Origin: Opitutales bacterium
GTDB taxonomy: Bacteria; Verrucomicrobiota; Verrucomicrobiia; Opitutales; UBA953
Direction: 5' to 3'
NCBI GenBank assembly: GCA_040398005.1
Contig: JBBAUX010000006.1
Span: 19,359 to 53,269, forward strand
DNA length: 33,911 nucleotides
In this document: in pieces, positions 9,076 through 17,824 of the stretch
Layout of the letters: every line of letters begins with the position of its first letter
Position numbering within the stretch: the stretch's first letter is position 1
Translations under genes and position numbers: made by a program
Notes under the pieces: model-generated
The model's input: the letters and a program-made list of their open reading frames with translations, nothing else
Database searches by the model: none
What the model was told of the DNA's origin: nothing

Positions 9076-10794
9076 ATGTTCACCTCCAGTAAGAAGAAAG
9101 CGATCGTGCAGTGGTATAATTGCACCCTAGGCACTAAGGGCAGCTTTGAAACTCTGCCCGCCAAACTCCCCGCGGAGAGTCTTTTACCATCCATTATTCT
9201 CACGCAGACTCCGACGCATATTTCCATCGAATCGGTGGCGGGTAAAAAGATTTTCGTGAATGGAAATTTACTGATTAAGCCCACACCGATTTCTGAAACA
9301 ACCACTCTGCAATTTCCTGATTCACTGTGGGTGATTGCTCCAAATCCTGAAATCAATTTCGGCGAAGTAAATAATACGCTCTGGGTTTTGTTCGATGCTT
9401 CGACCGGCGAAAACATTGGCCAATATCCACCTAGTCAACTTTTGAATGCAGCCCAGCACCTGGGTCGCGCACCCGAAACCCTGGCTTGCACTCCTCACGG
9501 TTTAGAAGTGGGTTTTAATCTTTCGCAGATTGCCAGCCACCTCAGTCCCCACGAAGAAAATTTTGTGAAGACTAAATCTTCCGTCACTTTAGCCGAAGAA
9601 AAAAATAAAGGTAGTCACAGCTGCCCAGTCTGTTGGACCCGATTTAATCCAGGCGACGCTCTGAGCATCGCCGTACACGAAGATCTGCGCGGTGATCCGA
9701 TTCTTGGTAGCGATGCTCGACTACGCTTCCACCCCACCCGCTTCAACGATCATGGTCTCGCACTCGACCCCATGGGCCTCGCCTGCACCGACATCGCTTG
9801 CCCTCACTGCCGTCGCCAACTCCCGCCAGGCTATCTGGACATGCCGCACCAGATTTTATCGATCATCGGAGCCCCTAGTGCCGGTAAATCCTATTATTTA
9901 GCCGTACTTACTAGAATTCTCCAAGAGAAACTACCGACCGACTTAGGATTGGCCTTTAAGGACGCCGACCCGACGGGTAATCTGCTCCTCAATCAAATGC
10001 GGAACTCGCTCTTCTCCGCCACCACACCGGAAGAAGCTCTCCTGGGCAAAACCGCCCTCGAAGGTGCCACCTACGAAAAACTTCCGCGACTCGGACGCAT
10101 TGTCTCTCTGCCCCGTCCGTTTATTTACACGCTCTGCGTGCCCAGCCAAAAACAAAAAGAGACCTCGATTATTTTCTACGATAACGCCGGTGAACATTTT
10201 GAGCCGGGCATCGATATCCATGACTCGCCAGGCGCGATGCACGTCGCCACCGCAGCAGGACTCATCTTTCTTTTCGACCCCACCGCGAATGCGCGCTTCA
10301 AAGCAAAATTAGTCGGCGTCGACGATCCTCAGCTTTCCATCAAAGGTCGCATCGATCAGCAAGACACGATTCTGGCTGAAATGGAAATACGGATCAAACG
10401 CGTCATGGGAATTTCCCACAAAGAACGTATCGCTACTCCTCTAGCTTTTGTCGTCGGCAAGTGCGACACTTGGCAATTCCTCCTCACGTCACCACTCGAA
10501 CCTATTCTCCATAACGGTAAAATTGATCTGGAAGCCATTCACCGAAATTCCGACCGCGTTCGTGAAGTTCTGATCCAACTCTGCCCAGGACTCGTTGCCA
10601 CCGCCGAATCTCTCACCCAAGAAATTCGTTACTTCGCCGCGACGTCTTTCGGACACCAACCTGTCGTAATTGCCGAAGGCCCCAATAAAGGTCGTATCGC
10701 ACCCGACCCCCAAAAACTCGCGCCTGCCTTCGTCGAAGCCCCGGTTTATTGGCTCATGCATTTAGCTTCGCCAGAATTGATTCCTGGAAAGTAA
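9076..10794 (+). CDS. Zn-ribbon + TRAFAC-class P-loop GTPase (GAP1-system GTPase-like) with degenerate FHA-like/GYF-like N-terminus
   Basis: CPVC...CPHC Cys pairs; Walker A GAPSAGKS (~aa 265); G3 DNAGE (~aa 369); G4-like GKCD (~aa 461); G5-like ATSFG. Confidence 0.8.
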   Translation: MFTSSKKKAIVQWYNCTLGTKGSFETLPAKLPAESLLPSIILTQTPTHISIESVAGKKIFVNGNLLIKPTPISETTTLQFPDSLWVIAPNPEINFGEVNNTLWVLFDASTGENIGQYPPSQLLNAAQHLGRAPETLACTPHGLEVGFNLSQIASHLSPHEENFVKTKSSVTLAEEKNKGSHSCPVCWTRFNPGDALSIAVHEDLRGDPILGSDARLRFHPTRFNDHGLALDPMGLACTDIACPHCRRQLPPGYLDMPHQILSIIGAPSAGKSYYLAVLTRILQEKLPTDLGLAFKDADPTGNLLLNQMRNSLFSATTPEEALLGKTALEGATYEKLPRLGRIVSLPRPFIYTLCVPSQKQKETSIIFYDNAGEHFEPGIDIHDSPGAMHVATAAGLIFLFDPTANARFKAKLVGVDDPQLSIKGRIDQQDTILAEMEIRIKRVMGISHKERIATPLAFVVGKCDTWQFLLTSPLEPILHNGKIDLEAIHRNSDRVREVLIQLCPGLVATAESLTQEIRYFAATSFGHQPVVIAEGPNKGRIAPDPQKLAPAFVEAPVYWLMHLASPELIPGK

Positions 10795-10798
10795 TTTT

Positions 10799-12928
10799 AT
10801 GCCTCTGCAACTCATATTCACTTCCGCCCCACGTGGCCTCGTGGCTGGGCGTTCGGGGTATTGCACCGTGGCACGTCATCGTTCGATTCCCGATCGGCTC
10901 GCCCAAATTTTAGAATCACTCGGCACCCCACATCAAAATCCCAAAGGCGCCACTTTCACTTTTCGCATCATCGAAGCGAGTAATACCAATTGGTTTGTCT
11001 TATCACGATTCGTGGCTCGCGGACTCGACTACTCACAACGCGACAATCGTCTCGCCCATCATTTAATTTTCACTGCCGAAGAAGCCGCCGTCCTACCTCC
11101 ACCCTCCGCCATTGCCTTTCGCTGGAATGGTTGGTTAACGGAATGGACCAAAGAACCGACCTGGCTAGCCGAAGACACCCGCCCGCTGCTACTCGATAAC
11201 TCTCCAGGCCTTCGCCCCGCATCGGGATGGCGCGAATTCTCAGGCACCGGTGCGAAAGCCGCTTGGTTAGTGAATAAAGTTGGACCCGTAACACTTTGCC
11301 TCACGCAACCACCCGAAGATAAAATCCTTCTTCGTCTCTTAGCAGAATCCGCCGCCTTGCTCGGGCAATCGGCGTGGTACGCGACCTTCACCACGAATGT
11401 GATTGTTACAAAATCAGATGGATTTAATTGGGCCGTTGGCGCAGTCGCTGGTCGACCCGAAATCAATCTCAGTCAAACCCATCAACTTCCTGCCCCCACC
11501 GGTGAACTCGCCGTCCAAGCAGCCACGGGAAACAGTGCACCGATTCCGGCTCGCACAACTGGCGAAAAAAATAGCTCAGCGGTTAATCATGCTAAATCAA
11601 ATCAGTCTAAACTGCCTTGGAATATAATCATAATTTTCTTCAGCTTAGGAATTTTAGCCATCCTTGTCGCCCTCGTCATCGGCCAGATCGGTAACGGTTC
11701 TAAAAATACCGAAACACCCAGCAATCCAAGAGCTCCGGCAATTAATACGACGCAAAGTAGCGATATTTACCGCAGTAATATTGCGATACAAGGGGTCGCC
11801 AGTTTCCTCGACAGCGAAAGGTATGTCGACGCCGGTAAACTCTGGCTCGAAAGTGTAAATCATTCCCCCACTTTTGCTGAGCGTTATCGCGAGCAGTACT
11901 TAAGACGAATCACCAAAAATTACTCGGAAATAACTACGAACCAACTTTTACAGCGTCTCACCCTCCCCAATCTCGAAAGCAATACCATCACCGAGATCGC
12001 GGAAGACGCCGCCACCGCCGTACGGGTTGGCACTGAATTAAATATCCCCGTCGACGCTCCTTGGAAAAAATTAGTGAACATAAATGAGCAAATTCAAATC
12101 ATTTCTCAATTAGATATTCGTCCAGTTATTTTAGTCAGCGGTAGTTGGCAAACGACTGACCTCGGAAAATCCGCGCCCTCTTCCGCGGAGTTTAAATTGA
12201 GCAATGCGGGTGCGGAAAAGATTTTGAAATTTATAGAGTCAACCAAAGTCACCCCAGAACTTTCACACAGCGCCCGCGTCCGTTTACTTCCGTTAAATGC
12301 CTTTCATAAGCGGGATGACAAAACACCCTATTATAATGCCGAAATACGCCGTGGCGGTAAAATTTATTGGATTGAAACCACGGGTACCGCGGGCACGGCC
12401 CCAATCATTCTTGGCATTGGACCTAAGAAAAATTCCGTCGAACTTAATTTTCCTGACGGAGCTGCCGCCAGTTTACAGGAACAAAATCGCTTACTAGAAA
12501 TCGTTCTACCTAATGGCACTCGCCAGTGTATCGGCCTCATTGCTGATTGGAAAAAAATCAAGCCGCTGAATCTTGGCACTTGGGCTCTCGATGTCGAACG
12601 TGACACGGGGGTGGTCCATGCCGCCGCTTGGGCAGAAAACGCCTTACGCGCTTTTCAACCTGAAGCCGGAATGGTCGGACTCTACCCCACCGAACACGAA
12701 TTCCCCGATCGTGACCTCGCCTCTCTTCGCGCCACGCGTTCGCTTCTCGAAACTGACTTACTCCGTAACGAATACAAAGAAAGCACGCGCATCTCGAACA
12801 AAGAAGTCATCAAATCGCGCAAACAGTTCTTTGCCCAAGGCGATTATATCAACGCAGGACGTCCTTGGTCACTCATCATCGTCAGCCCTAAAGGCGATGC
12901 CGCTGCCACCCTCATTGAGTTTCAATAA
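10799..12928 (+). CDS. GAP1-N2-like domain protein with one TM helix and an uncharacterised C-terminal domain
   Basis: N-terminal QLIFTSAPRGLVAGRSGYCTVA and DYSQRDNRLAHHLIF match the GAP1-N2 pattern as I recall it. TM IIIIFFSLGILAILVALVIG at ~11624-11683. Confidence 0.7.
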   Translation: MPLQLIFTSAPRGLVAGRSGYCTVARHRSIPDRLAQILESLGTPHQNPKGATFTFRIIEASNTNWFVLSRFVARGLDYSQRDNRLAHHLIFTAEEAAVLPPPSAIAFRWNGWLTEWTKEPTWLAEDTRPLLLDNSPGLRPASGWREFSGTGAKAAWLVNKVGPVTLCLTQPPEDKILLRLLAESAALLGQSAWYATFTTNVIVTKSDGFNWAVGAVAGRPEINLSQTHQLPAPTGELAVQAATGNSAPIPARTTGEKNSSAVNHAKSNQSKLPWNIIIIFFSLGILAILVALVIGQIGNGSKNTETPSNPRAPAINTTQSSDIYRSNIAIQGVASFLDSERYVDAGKLWLESVNHSPTFAERYREQYLRRITKNYSEITTNQLLQRLTLPNLESNTITEIAEDAATAVRVGTELNIPVDAPWKKLVNINEQIQIISQLDIRPVILVSGSWQTTDLGKSAPSSAEFKLSNAGAEKILKFIESTKVTPELSHSARVRLLPLNAFHKRDDKTPYYNAEIRRGGKIYWIETTGTAGTAPIILGIGPKKNSVELNFPDGAAASLQEQNRLLEIVLPNGTRQCIGLIADWKKIKPLNLGTWALDVERDTGVVHAAAWAENALRAFQPEAGMVGLYPTEHEFPDRDLASLRATRSLLETDLLRNEYKESTRISNKEVIKSRKQFFAQGDYINAGRPWSLIIVSPKGDAAATLIEFQ

Positions 12929-12933
12929 GCTGA

Positions 12934-15894
12934 ATGCAAATTGATAAACTGATTGCACGGATTCGCGGACAACTCGAAATTGGCACGCCCGACCTCGAAG
13001 CGCGTACCTTGGCGAGTGAGTACTCCGCACTTTGCCAACGTGCCCGTGAGCGTCTCGAGCAATGCAATACTCTGATTCGCAATGGTAATGACTACGCAGC
13101 TTTTCAAATCGCCGAAACTGAACCCGATTTACTGACGCTCTGTAGCCAACTGAGTTTTGCCGATTCGGAACGGTGGCATACACTCTGTCGCGAACGCGGA
13201 CTCCCCTCTGGTTTCATTCTCGATGAACAACCTATTTTAGCGGTCGAAGGTTTATACGGGAAATCCATCGGTGAAAACCATCAGCTCTATCGCGAGTACC
13301 GTGATGCCATGCGCACCCACGATGAAGATCGAGCCCTCAATGTCCTCCGCTCCATCGTCAGAATTAATCCCGAAGACCCGACCGCTCGCTCCGAGTTGAT
13401 TCGCTTATCCGCCAAGTTTATTCGCGAGTCGCTGCATAACTTAGAAAAATTATTAGATGAAAATAAAGATGATGATGCGATTAACTTGATGGGGCAAATG
13501 GAGCGCTTTGGTGATGATGACTTAAATTCCAAACCCGAGTGGGTCAGTGCACTCAATCGCCGCATCACGATTTTACGTCAGAAAGCGTCTCAACAAATCC
13601 CCACACTCATCAAAGAAGCGGAGTCCGCGAAAAGTAATCAACTCTGGGAATCATGCATTCATTCATTAGCAAAAATTAGAACACTCGAGCGCGACCACCA
13701 ACTGAGTCTCTCCGAGAATATTCAGTCTTCCCTTAAAAGTCTCGAAAATTGGGCAGGCGAACTGGCGGCGGCTCACGAATCAGAAGCCGCGATAAAATCG
13801 AATACCCAACATCTCGTGACGCAGTGGGAAAATCTTTCGGAAAGTATTCAAAAAGGGAACTCGCCGGTCATTTTAATCTCTAGTCTAAATGACTGGCTCG
13901 AACGGGCGAAGAACTTTGCTGAATATCTTCCCAGCGGATTAATTGATAAGGTTAATTCTGCGCTGAAATTAACCCGGGCCCGCCTCACGCGTCGCTACGC
14001 CCTCTTAATTTCTACCTGGATTGCCGGTTTTCTCATTCTGGTGGGCGCACTCTTCTACGGCTATCGCACTCAAGAATTAAAATCGGAGGCACGACGTAAC
14101 TTCCAAGAAATTCGATCTCTGCTCGAAGTCTGGGACACCGAAACCGCTGCTCAAAAACTAACCAGCGATAATAAAAATACTATTTTAAACGATAAAAGTT
14201 CAGAATTCTTAGACGAATATACGGAAATTAAAAAAGAGATTCAAACACAGCGCGAAACCCTCACCACCCTGCGCACCGAAGCGAGTTACCTCCAACAGGC
14301 CTTCCAATCGGGCATCACTCTTTCCAACTACGCGGAAGTTAATACGCACGCCAAGGCCTACCTCCAAGCCATCGCCCAAGTGGGACCCAAGGCGGCCGAA
14401 GATTTAAAGAAATTATGTCCCGACCCTGCTCTTATTCTTTCGAGCTGCCAAAAAACCACGGAAGAGAGTCGCGCACAATTATTCAATCTCCGCATCCAGC
14501 TTAAAAAATCTATCGGTAGTAACGATAAGATTTCGGATTTACCGAGTGCGCTTAACACCATTGAGAAAATTCGTCCACTCATTCTCAGTCTCTCGATTGC
14601 AGGGGTGAAAGACCTCGATGAAGCGAATGCCGAAATTGATCGGGCGAACATCCGGATTGAAAGTGAAAACCACGCCCTCTCCCAACTGCAGAGCCTCACC
14701 CAAGCCACCGATCTCAAAGTGTATCTCAATGCCCTAGGCTCAATCATCAAAAATAATACAACAAGCTCCCCATTAAATAAGAGTGCGCAAAACATTATTA
14801 ATCATTCACCTAAGATTCTCACTCTGCCCCGCTCTGTTTTAGCGCCCCACATCGGAGCCATGTGGGATAATATCCCGAATACTGATTCCTCCGGACTGTT
14901 TCAGCCGTCGCAACTCACGCCGTATGAATCGAATATTGTTCAAGCTTTAGCTGATAGTCGTACTGCCCTATCGATGCGCCGATATTATGTACGACAAACG
15001 TCCTCCGAAGGGATTAAAAAAATACGCTCTGTGGTGATCTCTGGCGAACTCGACATACAACGCAAAGGCTTCAATGGCGGCATGGAATATGTAGTCACTG
15101 GCAAAGAACTAAATCGTGATGGAGAATTAACCGACACTTCATGGAGTCGCCGAGAATTCCGAACCGAAAAAGGTGAAATCATCTCGAAGGGCGAAGACCT
15201 GGTTGAAGAAACCCCTGTGGGTGAGCTCGATTACCTCCGACAGTTCAATCGCTTCTTCGAAGTTAAAAATGGTCAACTCTCTGAACCCATTATTCGTAAA
15301 CTCGATTTAGTCCGTCGGAGCCCCGCGCCATTCTTCGAATTGCGCGCCTATCAACTGCAAGAACTTTTCAAAGTCGCCAATCAGCGTCCGGAAATTTGGG
15401 GTATCTTGTATTCACCTTCGGCCCAACGTGACGCTGAGCAACTCCGCCGCATTACCCAAAACTCCATCAATTCGTACGACTTCCTCTTTAAAGAAAAATG
15501 GACCGATGCGCTCGGTGAGCTAAAATCCATTCTGCTACGTCAGGGCGGTTGCACCTACGCTGAAGAAGCGCGTTTTTGGCGAAGTCTCTTCGCCAATCTG
15601 CGCACAAAGAAAATGATTTACGTCGGCTTCCAATCCGATGACGGCGAAGCGATTCTGCGCGAAAAACTTTCCGATACTCTTATTTTCGGTATAGATAATG
15701 AAGGTAAAGCGAGTGTGCTTTATCGTGTCGATGCCGATGGCAACCGCACCCGTATCAATGAACCCGCGCCTCTCTCGCCTCTGCTCCGTCTTTCGACAAC
15801 CATCACGGAGGCCGCTAAAGCTTCCAAAATTCCGACTAACCTCAACGTACCCGAAGGAGGCTGGGAAGTCATTCTCCTTGGCCGTGATTTATAA
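12934..15894 (+). CDS. Large alpha-helical/coiled-coil single-pass membrane protein (986 aa)
   Basis: Long ORF with helical L/E/A/R-rich composition, a TPR-like stretch (ALNVLRSIVRINPEDPTARSEL) and TM YALLISTWIAGFLILVGALFYGY at ~13996-14064; 5-bp gap to the upstream gene. Confidence 0.75.
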   Translation: MQIDKLIARIRGQLEIGTPDLEARTLASEYSALCQRARERLEQCNTLIRNGNDYAAFQIAETEPDLLTLCSQLSFADSERWHTLCRERGLPSGFILDEQPILAVEGLYGKSIGENHQLYREYRDAMRTHDEDRALNVLRSIVRINPEDPTARSELIRLSAKFIRESLHNLEKLLDENKDDDAINLMGQMERFGDDDLNSKPEWVSALNRRITILRQKASQQIPTLIKEAESAKSNQLWESCIHSLAKIRTLERDHQLSLSENIQSSLKSLENWAGELAAAHESEAAIKSNTQHLVTQWENLSESIQKGNSPVILISSLNDWLERAKNFAEYLPSGLIDKVNSALKLTRARLTRRYALLISTWIAGFLILVGALFYGYRTQELKSEARRNFQEIRSLLEVWDTETAAQKLTSDNKNTILNDKSSEFLDEYTEIKKEIQTQRETLTTLRTEASYLQQAFQSGITLSNYAEVNTHAKAYLQAIAQVGPKAAEDLKKLCPDPALILSSCQKTTEESRAQLFNLRIQLKKSIGSNDKISDLPSALNTIEKIRPLILSLSIAGVKDLDEANAEIDRANIRIESENHALSQLQSLTQATDLKVYLNALGSIIKNNTTSSPLNKSAQNIINHSPKILTLPRSVLAPHIGAMWDNIPNTDSSGLFQPSQLTPYESNIVQALADSRTALSMRRYYVRQTSSEGIKKIRSVVISGELDIQRKGFNGGMEYVVTGKELNRDGELTDTSWSRREFRTEKGEIISKGEDLVEETPVGELDYLRQFNRFFEVKNGQLSEPIIRKLDLVRRSPAPFFELRAYQLQELFKVANQRPEIWGILYSPSAQRDAEQLRRITQNSINSYDFLFKEKWTDALGELKSILLRQGGCTYAEEARFWRSLFANLRTKKMIYVGFQSDDGEAILREKLSDTLIFGIDNEGKASVLYRVDADGNRTRINEPAPLSPLLRLSTTITEAAKASKIPTNLNVPEGGWEVILLGRDL

Positions 15895-15897
15895 ACG

Positions 15898-16500
15898 ATG
15901 AGTAAACAAACTTCATTTCGTCTACGCTGGAAGGGTGCCATTTCCGAACCGCTTTCGCTTGCCCAGATTAGTGATAAATTACGCTCCGGTGAAATTAGTT
16001 TAATCCATAACATCGAAGTCGAAGGCTCTTGGATAACTATTCGCGAGTACTTCCGGACCATTGGCTTAAGTCGCTCGCCCCTCACCACAGCCACGCAAAT
16101 TAAAAATCAGGAATCAGACAGCAACCTTCCCGAAATTAAAGCGTCCGAGACGAGTCATAAAAATAATCAGCCGAACCTCGAACACACTGTACGCATGGGC
16201 TACCTCTGGTGTGGCTCCACTTTTATTTTCCCACTTTTATTTTCCCTCATCGTACCCATCTTAGAATTTTTAACTAAGGAGACTTTTCCGTTCTCCTCCC
16301 GGTTTGTCCTTCTGGCCTTTGGCACCCTTATGGGATGTGGACTTCCCTACTTATCGATCCGACATATTAACGGTTACATTCAAGACCACGGACTGGGCGA
16401 TATCGTCAAAGATCAGCAAAAACTTTACGTTACCCTCGCCACGGCTAGTGCCCTCGTTTGGCTCATAGTTTTCTGGATTTTAGCAGGGTCTAAGGCCTAA
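15898..16500 (+). CDS. GYF_2-like N-terminal domain + multi-TM membrane protein
   Basis: WKGAISEPLSLAQISDKLRSGEISLIHNIEVEGSWITI fits the GYF_2/DUF4339 pattern; about three hydrophobic helices in the C-terminal half. Confidence 0.65.
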   Translation: MSKQTSFRLRWKGAISEPLSLAQISDKLRSGEISLIHNIEVEGSWITIREYFRTIGLSRSPLTTATQIKNQESDSNLPEIKASETSHKNNQPNLEHTVRMGYLWCGSTFIFPLLFSLIVPILEFLTKETFPFSSRFVLLAFGTLMGCGLPYLSIRHINGYIQDHGLGDIVKDQQKLYVTLATASALVWLIVFWILAGSKA

Positions 16501-16559
16501 TTCTTCAATCCGCTTGACGCATTGAGACGACCTGATTGAAATACTTTCTTCCGGTTTTC

Positions 16560-16636
16560 GGTAGCGTAGCTCAGATGGTTAGAGCGCGGGACTCATAAGC
16601 CTGAGGTCGGCAGTTCAATTCTGCCCGCTACCACCA
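16560..16636 (+). tRNA. tRNA-Met (CAT), probably elongator; CCA encoded
   Basis: Cloverleaf: acceptor GGTAGCG/CGCTACC, D arm GCTC/GAGC, anticodon loop CTCATAA, T arm GGCAG-TTCAATT-CTGCC, ACCA end. TTGACG -35-like element at 16514. Confidence 0.95.
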
Positions 16637-16647
16637 CCGGAAATTTA

Positions 16648-17151
16648 TTATTTAATAATCGAACCTACGGGGATGTCTAAACCATCGCGCCAGAGGGATT
16701 CCATGCTGTAACTCTCACGGACATCGGGGCGGAAAATATGCACGAGAACGTCAAAGCCATCGACCACGGTCCAACCGCTTTCCCGTTGCGACTCCGTTCC
16801 GCGAGCAGGTGAGCCGACTTCATCCAAAGCTTTTTCAACTTCGATACGCAAGGCACGCAAATGCGGATCGGATGTACCCGTCGCAATGACCATGTAATCA
16901 GCGACGGACGAAAGTTGGCCTAACTCTAAAACGCGAATCGACTCTGCTTTTTTGTCATCGAGTGCTCTGATAATCGCAATGACGTGTGCTGGAATTTTCG
17001 AAGCTACTTTTTGGGCCACAGGCTTGACCGATTCCGAACGGGTCTTCGCCTTACTCGCCGCAGGCTTTTTAATAATTTTACGGCGTAAAGGTTTGGGACC
17101 CGCTTTTGATTTTAAAGCAGGTTTAGATTTTTTCTTTTTAGGTACGGCCAT
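16648..17151 (-). CDS. rsfS: Ribosome silencing factor RsfS (Iojap) with Lys-rich N-terminal extension
   Basis: ALDDKKAESI, VADYMVIATGTS, WTVVDGFDVLVHIF and RESYSMESLW motifs. Start chosen at ATG 17151, just after the nadD stop; nadD-rsfS adjacency is common. Confidence 0.92.
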   Translation of the reverse strand: MAVPKKKKSKPALKSKAGPKPLRRKIIKKPAASKAKTRSESVKPVAQKVASKIPAHVIAIIRALDDKKAESIRVLELGQLSSVADYMVIATGTSDPHLRALRIEVEKALDEVGSPARGTESQRESGWTVVDGFDVLVHIFRPDVRESYSMESLWRDGLDIPVGSIIK

Positions 17152-17152
17152 G

Positions 17153-17743
17153 TTAGGATTGATAAAGTGAATGCTCATCGATGTAGGCACGTACCGACTT
17201 GGGCAAGCCGTTTCCAAAAGGCTTTCGTTCCTTTAACGACAAACGCAATGCCGTGGATGAAACCTTCACGGGGGGCGCCTTCAAAATGGTGACTTTTACT
17301 TTGTTTGCAATCGACCGAGGTGGCTCCGTCGAAATGTCATCCCGACTCAGCACCGCAAATTCGACGTAACGACCCAGTTCCTCCACGTCTTTCCATCGAT
17401 CCAGTCGAGCGAGCTGATCGGCCCCAATAATCCAAACACGTCGAGCATTCGGAAATTCCTTAGCTAATTCGCGTGCGGTATCGACTGACCAACACACACC
17501 CTCACGTCGAACTTCGCGGTCATCAATCACCGCCCATGGACAAGGTTCAAAAGCGAGTCGCGACATCGCCAAGCGATCCGCCGACGTCGCCAAGGGCAAT
17601 GCCGCACGTAATGGTGCCAGGCCTGCAGGAATAATTCTGATCTGATCAAGAGAAAGTTGACGCCATGCCGCCGTCGCCGCCGCCACATGCCCAGCATGCG
17701 GAGGGTCGAAAGTACCTCCCAATATGCCAAATGAGGCTGACAT
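17153..17743 (-). CDS. nadD: Nicotinate-nucleotide adenylyltransferase
   Basis: GILGGTFDPPHAGH, IIGAD and VSSTALR motifs; likely start ATG 17743. Confidence 0.93.
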   Translation of the reverse strand: MSASFGILGGTFDPPHAGHVAAATAAWRQLSLDQIRIIPAGLAPLRAALPLATSADRLAMSRLAFEPCPWAVIDDREVRREGVCWSVDTARELAKEFPNARRVWIIGADQLARLDRWKDVEELGRYVEFAVLSRDDISTEPPRSIANKVKVTILKAPPVKVSSTALRLSLKERKPFGNGLPKSVRAYIDEHSLYQS

Positions 17744-17824
17744 ATCGCTACACTTGCAGACTTGAGCCCTCTGGCAATCCAAAGCAGGCTTGAGCCCAGC
17801 CAAATACCGAGAAACACTGCACCC

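Noticed and set aside
9076..15894. Type VI/VII secretion or dynamin-like assignment
   Set aside because: No FtsK/EccC repeats, TssM/TssL motifs or WXG100 genes recognised; the GTPase lacks the long helical stalk of dynamin-like proteins.
9076..16636. tRNA-anchored genomic island carrying the GTPase operon
   Set aside because: The operon lies 5' of the tRNA, there is no integrase, I saw no duplicated tRNA 3' end, and composition looks similar to the flanks.
16560..16636. Initiator tRNA-fMet
   Set aside because: G1-C72 is paired and the anticodon stem lacks three consecutive G-C pairs.
17744..17824. Overlapping N-terminal extensions of nadD (17803) and lpxI (17762) from the ORF track
   Set aside because: Homology begins at ATG 17743 and ATG 17825; the extensions are better explained as a divergent promoter region.
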